DNA from: Sphagnum compactum
Taxonomy: Eukaryota
Direction: 5' to 3'
Assembly: GCA_965153455.1 (NCBI GenBank)
Contig: OZ234493.1
Span: 14,746,213-14,810,212, forward strand
Length of the DNA stretch: 64,000 bases
The translations under genes and the position numbers were made by a program. Within the stretch, counting starts at the first letter, position 1. The number at the start of each line of letters is the position of its first letter. The notes under the pieces were generated by a model. It did not search any database and was not told the origin of the DNA. It worked only from the letters and a program-made list of their open reading frames with translations. This document shows positions 15,709 through 28,234 of the stretch, piece by piece.

Positions 15709-15845
15709 AAAAATTATTCTGCACATAAATTACTTTTGGCATGGCACAAGTGAGAAAATTATTCTCCACATAAATTACTTTTGGGCATGGCACAAATGAG
15801 GAAATTATTCTGCATATGAACTACTTTTGGCATGGCACAAATGAG
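15709..15845. repeat. Tandem repeat, ~45-bp unit x3
   Basis: aaaattattctgcacataaattacttttggcatggcacaa(g/a)tgag repeated three times. Confidence 0.9.
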
Positions 15846-16860
15846 ACGTTAACTATACCTTTGATGACAATAATTTTTTCAACAAAAATCCTTTTTATTT
15901 GAAAAAAGGATTAAAAAAATCATATATATGGATCCAATGAGGGGAGAAAAAATGGTGACCAACTAATCCAACTTTGGTCGTACAAGGTTGGCCAAGACTT
16001 TGTGGGCAAGTCACTTAAGCAAGTTTGGTCCTAACAATTGCATATCCTTGTGAAAGTATAAAAGATCGAATGGCATGTATTGACTCTTCAGCCTTTCAAA
16101 GTTTGAAGTGCACATTGGCCTACCATATCAACCAAAAGAGATATAATTGATGCGGAAATTTTCATTGGCTTTGTGAATTGTTCATCCTGTAGTTGAGTAG
16201 TATTTCTTTGTAGGTAGAGACAACTTGGTAAGTTTTTTTGCCTTTGGTTTTGAAAAAGATTCTCTAAAACTTAGTTTCCACTTTGAACAAGAAACAAATT
16301 TCAAATGAAAGAAAAAGTGAAAACAAAACATCCTTTTAAAAGACTTTAAAAAGTAAAATTTAACCCTCCTTTCATATAGGACAAATTAGGTGAAGTTTCA
16401 CATACCATCAGCTCCATGTTGAATAATTACTTTCTTTCAAAAAAATGATTATTTTTCATAGCTTTGAAATTATTATGTTTTTCTCCCGTTTTTGAGTAAT
16501 CTAATAATGTTGTATGAGTAGTCAACTTATGTGTATTGTAGTTAATGAATGTTATTTTTTTGGGGTGCGTTTTTGTCAATTGGTGACCAAAAGATCCAAA
16601 GTGATTCATACAAAGGAGTTGTACCAAAAAGCATTTGCCAAAGTTACTAGATTTCAAAGAAAAAACAATCTGAAATTGTCATATTTAGACAAAATATTAG
16701 GTTGCCAAGATGTAGCAGGATTCATAAAATTTTCTACCAATTTTCAAACTTTACACACAATCTTATTTGGCTGAACATTGAAAATCATGATACCTTCTCC
16801 TACCATACATACCATTTCCATGGGTCCTGTACAATTCTCACAAGCCTACCTAACCCTAGT

Positions 16861-17670
16861 ACACATTTAACTGTTAGGTCACTGAACATAAGGAAGAAAA
16901 ATAAAATAAAAATTCAGACCACCCAAATCCAACAATTTCATTCATCATAACATTCTTTCTTCACACCTCCACACAAGCCAATTCAAACACCCTCTCTCTC
17001 TCTCTCTCTCTATGTTAGTACACTACATACTATACAACCCTTTGTCTGTATTCAGACAGGGGTTAAAAACAAGTAAGGTGAAGCTGGTGGCAATCAGAAA
17101 ACAAAGGTACAGACAATTGTCAGGTAACATGGTACTACTACTAAGCCTACCTACTGCCCAGAACAACTACTTACTACTAGCTATTGAAAGGGTAATTTGT
17201 GATGTGCAAATTTTTGAGCTACTTATTAGTTCCTTTAGAGGAGGCCATTAAAGGGGGAGGAGGTCTCAGGAGGAGGAGGCTTCACTTGCAGAGTTGATTT
17301 AAATCCAGAGAGCAGATCTTCTTGGGTAGAGTTCCTTCTTGGGGAATTTCCAAAGTCAATTCTCAGGGGGACTCTCTCTCTCTCATTCCCATCAGGATTG
17401 CTGTTGCTGCTGCTGTTGAGGCTTCTCTCATAAGTACACTCTCTGGAGGAGTCTGAAGTCTTCAGGACATCCTGATTCTTGCTTCCTTGCTTGCTTGCTG
17501 TTATTGTGTCCATTATAAAAACACACCCCCCTCGCTTTCACCTTTCAAGTTCCATGGTTTGGTTCACATCTTCACATCCGTGTGTGGGAGCGGTTATCAG
17601 GAGGGGAGGGGCGTCTGATAACCGCCGGTTCTCAGGGTGATGTATGGGGCAGGTTTGAAAAGAATTGAAA
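16861..17670 (-). other. Non-coding module A (inverted paralog of 28235-29390)
   Basis: Reverse complement shares ordered blocks with 28985-29388; weaker colinear matches extend to ~17670. Confidence 0.7.
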
Positions 17671-20600
17671 AAAATAACTGACCCTGATATATCATTTGTG
17701 GCTCTCACAATTGTTATATGGTGAAATATAACCATACTTACTCACTAGACTTGTGGAACTTTGTGGGTTGTTTTGTGAAACCCTCAGTTCCTTAACCCCT
17801 AAAGGTCAAGGTGGACAAATTTGGTCCACTTTTCGGTGTATGTTTGTGTTTCCCTAACGTTTTAGAGGTTAAAGCATTTTGAAAAACCTAGAACTAAATG
17901 GTTGCTATTTGGGGTGTATAATTTGGAGGTGGGGGGTGGGGGGGTCTGGGTCCGGAGTCAAGAAGGGGTGGTGCATGGAGTGTTACTCCCAGCATGCATG
18001 ATGTGATTTCATCCATGGAAATGTACACCACATTATGTGGTGTTTATTATGACATGTATTACATTAAAATGACAATTTGACATTAGGTAAATTTGGCGCA
18101 TATGGCATTACATGGGTGTGTAAAATCTAGGTAAGTTTATCAGATTGAGTTTGCTACCTAATCATGTAGTTCTACGTTAACCAAACAATGAAATAACGGC
18201 TCATCAAACATTTGCATTATCACACTTAAAGAAATAACATATGTAAATTTATAGTCAATTAAATACATCAAAAAACATACATTCCACGCAAATGACCTTG
18301 CAAACTCCAAACAACCCATCAAAACACCTTATGACTAAGCTTCACTCCAAATTAAAACTATCATTCACATCCATGAAAGACCTAACTATCATCTCACAAG
18401 TGTGCCATTATTTCATGGATGCCAATGATAATTTAAATCCATGAAAGAATGAGCCAGTAAAAGCCTTATAGGGAGGGACTCTTATGAAATAATGTAGTAC
18501 CCGTTGCTGAAAGGGACAGTACTAGTCTCCACTTATATCTTCAAAAGTAAGAGCATGATCTCCACCCACATGCCCCTATTTGAGCTCTATCTTCTTACCA
18601 CATCTAACTTAGAATCACTACAAAGAGAATGTGGTTTTTCTCGCATAGCCATATTCTTATGTTAAATTGTCATTTTAATATAATATACAGCCACAATAAA
18701 CATCACATATCATACATTGTAATGAATGAAATCATGAAGTTTGGCTCACAAGTGTTATGAGCTCATGCGACCTTTCGAGTGAAAAAACCCACATTCTCTT
18801 ATACTGAATGTTAATTATTCTCTGAGGAAGAAACATGAGAGAGTGAACAATACAAAGTGAGAGACTACCCAGGTCAATCATTATGGCTTGCCAATCAGAA
18901 ACAGAGTCATTTTCTTTTATTGACTCTCTCCTAGTGCAAATTTAGTAGTCCAATTTGAGTTTCCCAATATTTGACTACTATATTTCATCCAGAATATATT
19001 ATTGTATATGGGCCATTTTTATTGCTGTGGTGGAGATGCTCTAAGATACACATGATCACATGCAGGCTTTGTTGTTGATGATGATGCAAAAGGGGCACAA
19101 AGTAGAGAGGAATCAGCCCTTTTAATAGAATACCATGCTGCTGGAGTAATCTCAACCTCATTGCTTGTAACTGCTAAAGCTGATTCAAGTGATTGATCCA
19201 AATTTCTGCACTTGTGTTTCTTTTGTGGAAAAGACACCAGTAAAAGTGATTTGATCCAAAATTTCTGGACTCTAGTTTGGCAGTTCTGGACTACTCATGC
19301 CTTAGGCTTTGGCATCTTGTCCAGAACCAGAGATCCATTTCCAGAATCAAAAGAGCCTCTGCTGGCTTGAGGATGTTTTGAAAGTTTTTCAAAGAACTGA
19401 CGGTTCTCATGAAAAGAATTGCAGTTTAGCACAGGTGAATCTTTGGATTTTTTTCAGTCCCAGTTAAGACTCAAAACTGGTTCCATGATTTTTGAGAACC
19501 ACCTAGTTAAAGGCAATCTTTTTCTTTATTGACATAATTTTGCAAGAAAGGAAACTAAAAATTCCAAATGAATTGATTTTGGAGGTTTTCAATAACCAGA
19601 AGTCAGAAAAAAAAAAGAGGAAAAAATCACCCAAAAAAAAAAGAGAACACGAATGATCAAAGATTTGTACTTTATATCTAATTTATAGCCCCATATATAT
19701 GTTGCTAAATCTTCCTAGGGTGGATTTAGCTGCAACAAAAGTAATTAAAGAAATAACTGGACATGGGTATCTACACCCTACTTTTATCCGCCGGTTCCAT
19801 GTTTAATATAAAGAGAGTAACCTCCCAATAGTGTTGAGCATAGGACTGGAGAGTATTGGGATTATGGAATAGATGATTACTTGAGGGTGTGCAGACAATG
19901 TTGATGGTGTCAAAGGGGAACAAGAACTGTCAAAAGACATCTCTATCCTTTTGCCTCTAATTGTAGCCCAAAGGGAGACCAGGTACCCAACACCCACTCA
20001 TCAGAATCCCTCCAGAAGACAGAGGCAGGAGGAGGAAGATGATATGGGAGGACAAAAGCTGGTTGTTGTTGTTGTTGTTGTTGTCATGGGATAGAATTGG
20101 AGTGTTAGTCTTCTTGGTCCAGGAGGAGTCTGAAAAGAATTGTTGCTTCAGATCTTTTTGACCTTTTTAAGTAGTTGTTGTGATGGCGGCAGCAGCAGCA
20201 GCAGTTGCTGCTGCTTCTGAACTTGAATAAATACCCAGTTTCATGAAAATGTTTCCCAATTTTGTTCACTTGACAAGTACCTGCACCCAAATTGGGGATT
20301 AGATTTTGAAACTCTGATGCCCAGTTTCATGAAACCAGCTGTTATGAACCACTTACCATGCATCCTTTGTGTGGTGTGTTGGTCGGTGTGGGTTCACTCT
20401 GGCCACTGACTCATTCACATTGGGGGATGAAACAGGGATTAAAGGGTCAATCAAACTGGGGGCCAAAGACAGGATGACTTTCTGGATAACTTTGTATGAA
20501 GTGTGATTGATGACCATGTTGTTGTTGTTGTGTACACTGCCAATTTAAGTAAAGTAGAGAGAATTGAGATTCTTCTCTAGTCTCTGAACAGACCTGTTAC

Positions 20601-21169
20601 CTGATGGCATAGAATATTTTCTGGGTTTGGAGTCAGGCAGTAGTACAAGTATATCTTCAGGATCACACAAGAAATTATTACTGCACTTTCATAAGTGTGT
20701 GTAATCTCTAATCCTCCATTTATGTCATCTTATTTGCTCTGTTTAATCACTTACAGGCAATTAACCCATTAACTCATTATAATCTCTGGGTCCTTAATCA
20801 ACACCCACATCTTGTGGTCCTTCACATTAGGGATCTTATTAGTTCAAGTGCCTAGTTTGACATTTAAGGTTGTGTTTGCTAACACAGTCTGATGAAAGCA
20901 AAATAAGACCATAATACACATTACTAGAGTAGTGGAATAGCAAGTTTGGCAGAGATTATATTATTTTTAGACCTGCTCAAACTTTCAAAAAGTAGCTTTT
21001 TCAAAGGAACCTTTTTTGTGATGGAAAATGAAGCATTTTTTGGAATGTTTGGGAATTTTAATCTATTTTTGAAATGGAATCTTAAAAGGAAAAAAATAAA
21101 ATCTTAAAATCTTAAAAAAGTATTCGTTAGAGAGACCTGACAACCCTACTATTCAACTATGGTACATAC

Positions 21170-22820
21170 TTACAAAGAGGGAGAGAATGTAGTTTTTGGT
21201 GAATTCTGTGACATAGCAAAGGTTACACTCATCCATTGACATATTTTGCCAAATTTGGCTATAAATGAAATATGAAAGCATCCTTTTAAAATTTTTGCAT
21301 ATTCTACTGGAATCAAAAATTTAGAAATCTGGTGGTTACTTATTAAATTTTTTGGAATTTTGACAACCCCAAAAGCTGCTATATTTTTGCCCACCAACAT
21401 AGGAGGACTTTGTTTTCTGAAGAACCAGACTTGGAACTGATCCAGAGGTTATTAATGCAAGTCAAGAACTGCCCAACTCTGGTTTGGACAGAGCTTCAAA
21501 GTAACCTTTATTAGATTTAAGTTCTACCATTGGTGAAATTTTGACAACCTTGATTAAATGGTGTAAGATGGGTGGGAGGTGGTGGTCATTATTTTTCTTT
21601 TTCAAATTTGTGAGGTAGGTAGGTAGGTAGGTAGGTAGGTGGGTGGGTTGGCTATCATCCACAAAGTAGCCAAATTTGGCTACAGGTCAGAGAGGAAATA
21701 AGAAAAGTTTAATAGGGAATTATGCTGTATTTTGGCAACATGCTACAACCTATTGTCAAAATATGGCAACTTCAAGTTTTTTTTTTCTCCCTCGTAATGT
21801 GGCGACAATGGGTCATTTTGTTTCCCAGAAAAAAGCCTTTGAACTGGTGCAAGAGCCTTTTTATCGTGGCAAAATCTTTATGTCCCAAAATTTCGCCGAA
21901 AGAAAATTCACTGGTGGCAATGTATATATTGCTACCAATCTTTTTTGTCATACCAGGCTGATACTCGTGTTGGGTACTTTATTAAACCTTTCACACTAGT
22001 GACTAGTCTGATCCTGGTATTGGCTCCAAGACTGATTTTTGGCTGGTATGAGGCAGGTACATAACACCTGGTATTGATACTATAAGAGTGGTACAAAGCT
22101 GGTATTACCTCACATTGCTACCAGGCTGATGATGCTTGTAGAAGGCTGGTTATTGCCTTGGCTCATATGAGACTGGTAGGCTCCTTGCTACTCCAGGCGC
22201 AAGCGTACTATATACCAGACCAACACTAGACCAACACTGGTTTGGAACTCTGTTTTCAACACCCAAAAGCAAAGAGGAATGTGCAATTAGGGTGGTTAGC
22301 TCTCTCAGTTGCCATTTTTTTTTTACTATCTACCTAACTAATATGACCATAAGAAAAAGAAAGCAAACAACACGTAGGTAATTTCTTTCCAGTCTGGGCT
22401 GGTTATTGATTATTTGACCTGGTTACCAAGCCAGTTATTAATAACCTACCAGTCGGTTCTTGATTTTTTGATAACTGGTTAACAACGTGGTATTGAATTT
22501 TTCTAAATCTAAAAACCTACTTCGGTGACGTGATATTAATAAGAAAAAATTAGAATAACAGAAAAATCACATTTCATTCTTGATTTTAAAAAACCCTTTA
22601 ACCGGCACATAACCGGTGGGTTAACTGGAGTTTAATCAATTATTTGATAACCTATCTACATGCATTTGTAACTGACAGTTATAAATAAATAAATTATTTT
22701 TGGATAACTTAACTTGCACCCAATTTTTTTGATACTGATATTGATAACCTGTGTGATCCCTCAAAATTTTTTTTTAAAAAACACGTACCCTTTGGTTATT
22801 AAAAATGAACTAACCAGACA
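21170..22820. repeat. Cluster of nested or adjacent MITE fragments
   Basis: TAGCCAAATTTGGCTA-family pieces (21200-21910), (GGTA)n at ~21613-21640, a CTGGTAT/ATACCAG-rich element ending CAACACTGG (~21930-22240; related to ~8740-8940), and a GGTTAT/ATAACC-rich element (~22391-22820). Confidence 0.65.
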
Positions 22821-22912
22821 AGATTGCTAATTTCCTTAATTCCTACACAAGTGGAAGAGGAGGGTAGGAGGGAGATGGGGGAAACAAAGGAAAGGGAAAA
22901 AAAATACAATTA

Positions 22913-23125
22913 AGGTGCATTCACACTTGGTGTTAGGGACTGTAGTGTTGAGTCCACTAATACCATGCTAGTCATTTAGGACTTACACCTACTTAGGATG
23001 AACATTTTATGTTAAGCTACCATTCACTTAACATTAAGCTATCACGCATTTAACATTGGATGCCACCTAGGATGCCACCTAGATTTTCATTAAACATTGA
23101 CTTAACATCAAGTGTGAATGCACCA
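22913..23125. mobile_element. Tourist/PIF-Harbinger-like MITE, copy 2
   Basis: GGTGCATTCACACTTGGTGTTA...TAACATCAAGTGTGAATGCACC with TTA/TAA flanks. Near-identical body to 4467-4684. Confidence 0.88.
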
Positions 23126-26094
23126 TAAGATCAGCTAGGTAGGAAAGCAGGTAGAGCTGCTGCTGTTACTATCGTTGCTTGTTGTTGTCGGAGCGGGCCC
23201 TGGCAATACAGAAGAGAAAATCAATCAAACAACAAACAACAGCGGTTTCTTAGGAAATGCTGCTGATTATTATTACTTACTACTCTGAATGTAACTGAAG
23301 TTATTATACTCTCCTGATGCCTTTTACTAAAGCCTGATGCTAGCACGTGTTGGGTGTTGCACTTTAGTATTCATTCGGCACGAGGTTTAAGAATTGGAAG
23401 AATGTCTGTCATCTGATTACCTTAATTTGTCGCTGCCAGTCCGGGGTGGGTTGGTTGGTTTTAACAAAAGTAGCTTAATTAATTAGACACTATAAGCGTG
23501 TGAATCAAGCTCATGGGATCTGTAAGAATCACATTGTTACTCAATTAATGAATGCATCACAGCCAGCAGCAGGAAGAAGCAACATCATGATCAGGATTCA
23601 GCAACAGCAGCATCAGGATTCGTTCTCTATAGCCTAGAGCTAAGCTTTAGTGGTGATGGTTGTCTTTGCATGGATCTTGTGGAGGGACTTCATTGTTTGC
23701 ATGCGGGATTCGTGTCTCTTTTGATTCAGACTACGACTACGACTTTCTAAGGGCAATTGTTTGCATGTTGCGGACTTCATTGTTCCTGTGTATGTCTCTC
23801 TTGTTAGGCTTTACCATTGTTCACATATGCGCTTCACAAGCGTTAAGCTAATATGAGCTAATCAACATGTAATCTTTACTTAGGTTTACATGACTAAATT
23901 CATGTGTTAATTTTTAATCTTATGAATGTTTCATGAATTTTCATACAAGAATGTTTTTAATACATCAATGTAACATTTGGATTATCTTTTAAAAATAATC
24001 AAATGAATATAATATAGTCAAAAGCACTTTCAAAATAGTGTAAGTAATGTTTTAAAAAACTATTGTAGCATGCTAGTTATGGGATTATTGAAATAGAATT
24101 TAAGCTTTATTTGACCAATCTCGAACTCTCATGTCAACATAACAAGATTTAAAAGGACTCAAAAGGATGCGCCATTCATTTTTATTGCCTTGAATTTATC
24201 CATTGTTTCTAGGTTGTTTTACGACATATTTCAAAGTTGTTTCAATGGATTTTCAAATTTTGTTTTGCTTTTAGTTGGGTTTCATTGTTTGCAATTGAAC
24301 GTCACATATTTCCATGGTTAATTCGTCCTAATGTTCACATGTTGGTTAAATTTCCTATAATTAAATAAGGACAAGTTATGATTTATTTCATATTTTGCAT
24401 GGAACTTGACTTTGAGAATTATTATTCATTAATTGTAAAATGAACTAGTCATCACAAATAATTAGTTGTTAACTACCATAACCATTGCAATCAAAATAAC
24501 CAAAGATAAAAGTTTACCAATATATCTTTTTGCACAATGATGACCTTGGCATCATTAGTTTTGTGAAGCATATTGCTCTCCTTTACAACAACTATGGTTG
24601 CATGCTAATGAAACCTTATCATTCACACCAAAATTGTTTCCAAATGTGACTGTAATTTCTCCTTTTGAAGGGTAAATATGTAATAAAAAATAAAATTCAC
24701 AAAGAGATGAAAACTTTGATTCCAATTTTTTTAAAATAAGTTTGGATTGAAATGTTACACCTTTGAAAGATTATGTCCACAAAGTCTTGGCAATTTGGGC
24801 TGAACCAAAATTGACCAATAAAATAGTTCCAAAAAAATTTATTTTGGAGATTTTTGCATCATGTCACAACTAGACTCAAGCATAAGGGTTATTATTCCTA
24901 AAGTTTTAAGGTTTTTATTTCATTGGAAAATAAACACATGTAAAGATCATAGAATAAGGCATGTATGCTAAATCCCAACATGAACCACCTTATTTTGAAT
25001 ATGTTATGAACTTTTGAAAAACAACTAATTTTTACACCCAATGTTTTTGTTATAACTCTATATTTCATGTAATTTGATGCAATACTTTTCAATATTTTTT
25101 CTTCATTACATTTTCCAATTAAAACCTAGTCCCTAACAAGTTTAAAATCCAACTATTAACTCTCATCAAAATCCAATAACTTAAATTTTGCTTGTGAACA
25201 TCTTGTAATTTCAATTTCAAATGTCCATGACTTTGGTTATTTTAGACATTTTACTTAACATGTACATATTTAAATTTATTATCTAAAAATGTTACTCTAT
25301 TGATAAATCCTAACACATAGAACAACATATAATAATTGCAATGTACATCACAAAAAAATGGAGAACTTTGTCATGACAAAAAAGGTCCACCCTAACATGC
25401 ATTTGCCCCACAATTCTTTTTTGAAGCTTTGCCTATAAGCGTGGTGGATTCCAAGCATGCCATAATGAGTTTAATGTCTTTCTAATTTAAGCACCATGTT
25501 CATCTTTATCCAAACATTTTATGTTAAAAAAACCTGCTATTTTGACCAATGCACTTTACATCATGACCACACTATCACTTTCCATGTTGATTTCTTATCA
25601 AGGCCACAACCCCACACAAAAGCTAAACATCACCAAAACTAGCATCAAACTTTTGTTATATTTATATATTTCACAAAAATCCCCAATGCTAAATTTCTCC
25701 AATGTATATAACTTGGTTGTGATTTGATTATATGAAACATGGTTATGTGTTTCTTTAAAAATGATGATTGAAAATAAACTTGTCAAAATACTTAAATTTA
25801 CTGCTTGAAATTATGCTGAGGGAAATATCTAGACTTGCATATTTGAAAGACACTTGAGATAAAAGGGTATTTCTTAATATGTTATGAAATAATGATATTT
25901 TTTAAGTATCTTTCAAACATATTTTGAAATATTTTAAGCATGTTATATATATGTAGAATTATAGGCACCTTGTTTATACTTTAATAAATTATATAAATTA
26001 TTTTATTTCAATAAATTGCAAGCTATATTTTATTGCCCATCATTTGAAATAAAATGGAAGTGACTTCCCCAAGAAATTATATAAACTAAGTAGA

Positions 26095-26212
26095 CAAACT
26101 ATCTTTTGTAACTTGTCTTATGCAATCACACATGTTGCATGTGACATCTGTAGTTAAAAACGACATGTGTTTGCATAAGACAAGTGACAAGAAGATAGTT
26201 TTTCTTTGAGTG
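26095..26212. mobile_element. Short foldback element (CACTA-MITE-like)
   Basis: aactatcttttgtaacttgtcttatgcaatcacacatgt ... acatgtgtttgcataagacaagtgacaagaagatagtt, an imperfect ~38-bp inverted repeat. Confidence 0.6.
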
Positions 26213-28234
26213 ATGATACCAAAATTGTTAATATATTGTATGAGTCTATAAGTTTTGTTATCTAAAAAGGAAAACTTACAAATAGTATTTTCACTTTCAA
26301 TGATGCTATTGAAAAGTATATTTAATGTGAAGCACCTTTGATGTGATTCAACATTGCAAGCGCATAGGACTAAATTTTAATTGTGCACCTTTGTCCTAGC
26401 TCGGAGCCATAAATAAATTCATTAGATATACACATGGACTTGGAATTGTAAAAATCAGAAATAAAATAAAGCTCATGTCACTATCCAATTTAATAGTCTT
26501 TTGGGTGAAAACATGGTGAATTGTACATTTCAATTACCTTCGCAATCTACTTGTCAAGTTAACAAGAAGTTGGACTAAAACCCATCATAAATATATTTAA
26601 TTTTTTAACTTAAATGATGAAAACAAGATACTTCTTCACCATTATGAATTTATTTTTAAATTTTACATTGTAAAAATAAGTTTCAAGTATAATTTTTAAA
26701 ATGTAAGTAGCTTTTGAAGCCTATTTTTTGTAGCGTAACATTTGTTTCAAGTATGTGTCAAGTATATTCTACCAAATATAAAGTAAGATTTATTTATTTT
26801 CCTTCCTTTGAATATACAATGATTTTTATGTTATAATTTCACACAAATCTATTTCACTAAATTTTCTAATGAGAAAGTAGTTTTGAACACCACATTGGCC
26901 AACCAAATTCAAAAGTACTTGTTCCCTACTTTTATTATTCCAAAGTTTTTCAAATTTTGTATTCAACTTAATACAAACACAATGGAAAGCACCATGTTTT
27001 TAAAATGAAATTTAAGTAAAAACTAAATCTACTTTCTTGTGGTTTCATGAAAAACTGTCTCTTTTTAAACTTGATATTTTTTCGTCAACTTTTTTTGGTA
27101 TAAAATATCATTTTTTCACCCATTTAGTTGGTAAGATGCATTTTCAATTACATATCCTCCCTCTCATCCTTGAGTTTCCTCAAAAGCTTAATTCACAAGC
27201 CCATCACATATATCCTAACAAGTCTTTATTGCACCTGATTGGTACACCCGATACATGAAAACCTTTTCAAAAATACTACAAACACAACAAGAGGCATCAA
27301 GGTATGGGAGATCTTTTCAGACAAACAAAAGAAACAAAATACCGTCTTTGATTCTAGTGACAATGATTCATTGGAGTTCCTTTATGTAGGACAACTTTAG
27401 GTTTCATAAGTCATAAGTTGTAAGTGACTCATCTCTTGAATAGTTCCATATTGGAATCTACTTAGCCCATGTTGAAGTTAAGGCGCATGAAAAATGTGTC
27501 TTTTCACATTTGTGTTTATTTTAAGTTTCTTTTTCAACATCATATTATTTACAAGTATATTTGCAATCCCTTTTCCACCAATTGCATCACATTTCTCTTC
27601 AATTGAATTTGAATTTAATTTAATTGTATCTTAATTCAATTGTTGATTTGAATTCATGCTACAAGAAATCATGGTTTTTCAAGCCATTTAACTTGAATGT
27701 CTTGTCCAATTTGATTAAAAACCCTAGTTTATTTTGACTTATTCAATTGACTAAAATAATTTTTTGACTATTTGGTCAAATTTGACATTTAATCAAATAA
27801 GACAAAAATTGAACACTTCTAATTAAAAAAGACATGAACCTAATCAAATTGAACATTCAAATTCTTCATAACATTTTAAATTAAATTAATATAAAAATTT
27901 TAATTATCAAAATTAAATTAACTAATCAAATCAACTTGACCAACGACAATTTGACTATTAATCAAAATGAAAGTAAAATCAAACAAAAATTTGACTCAAT
28001 ATGTAAGTAGGGCTTAAGTAAATAGGTAGATAAATATATGTCGTAGGTAACTAGAGATGGTGACCCTCAAATTAGGAGAGATCCTTGGGAGCATTTGGGA
28101 GAGATCCTTGGGAGCATTCCTTGGCATATAAGTTTCATGAAATTCCCGGCTAAGTTCCCAAAACAAAAAAATCAACTCACAATTCATAGCAAGACCTGGT
28201 AAACATTCCTGAAAACGAGAGACCAAATGAGAAC

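Noticed and set aside
15709..15845. CRISPR-like appearance of the 45-bp repeats (also the 31-kb minisatellite)
   Set aside because: Head-to-tail units without unique spacers, no cas genes, eukaryotic context.
19760..20100. Possible TAS3/TAS6-like locus (TAGGGTGT and GATGAGTG fragments resembling tasiAP2)
   Set aside because: No pair of miR390-complementary sites (GGCGCTATCCCTCCTGAGCTT-like) is visible, and the matches are short and non-contiguous.
23340..23790. Partial resemblance to miR536 and miR538 sequences
   Set aside because: Only gapped ~9-nt matches and no complementary star arm.
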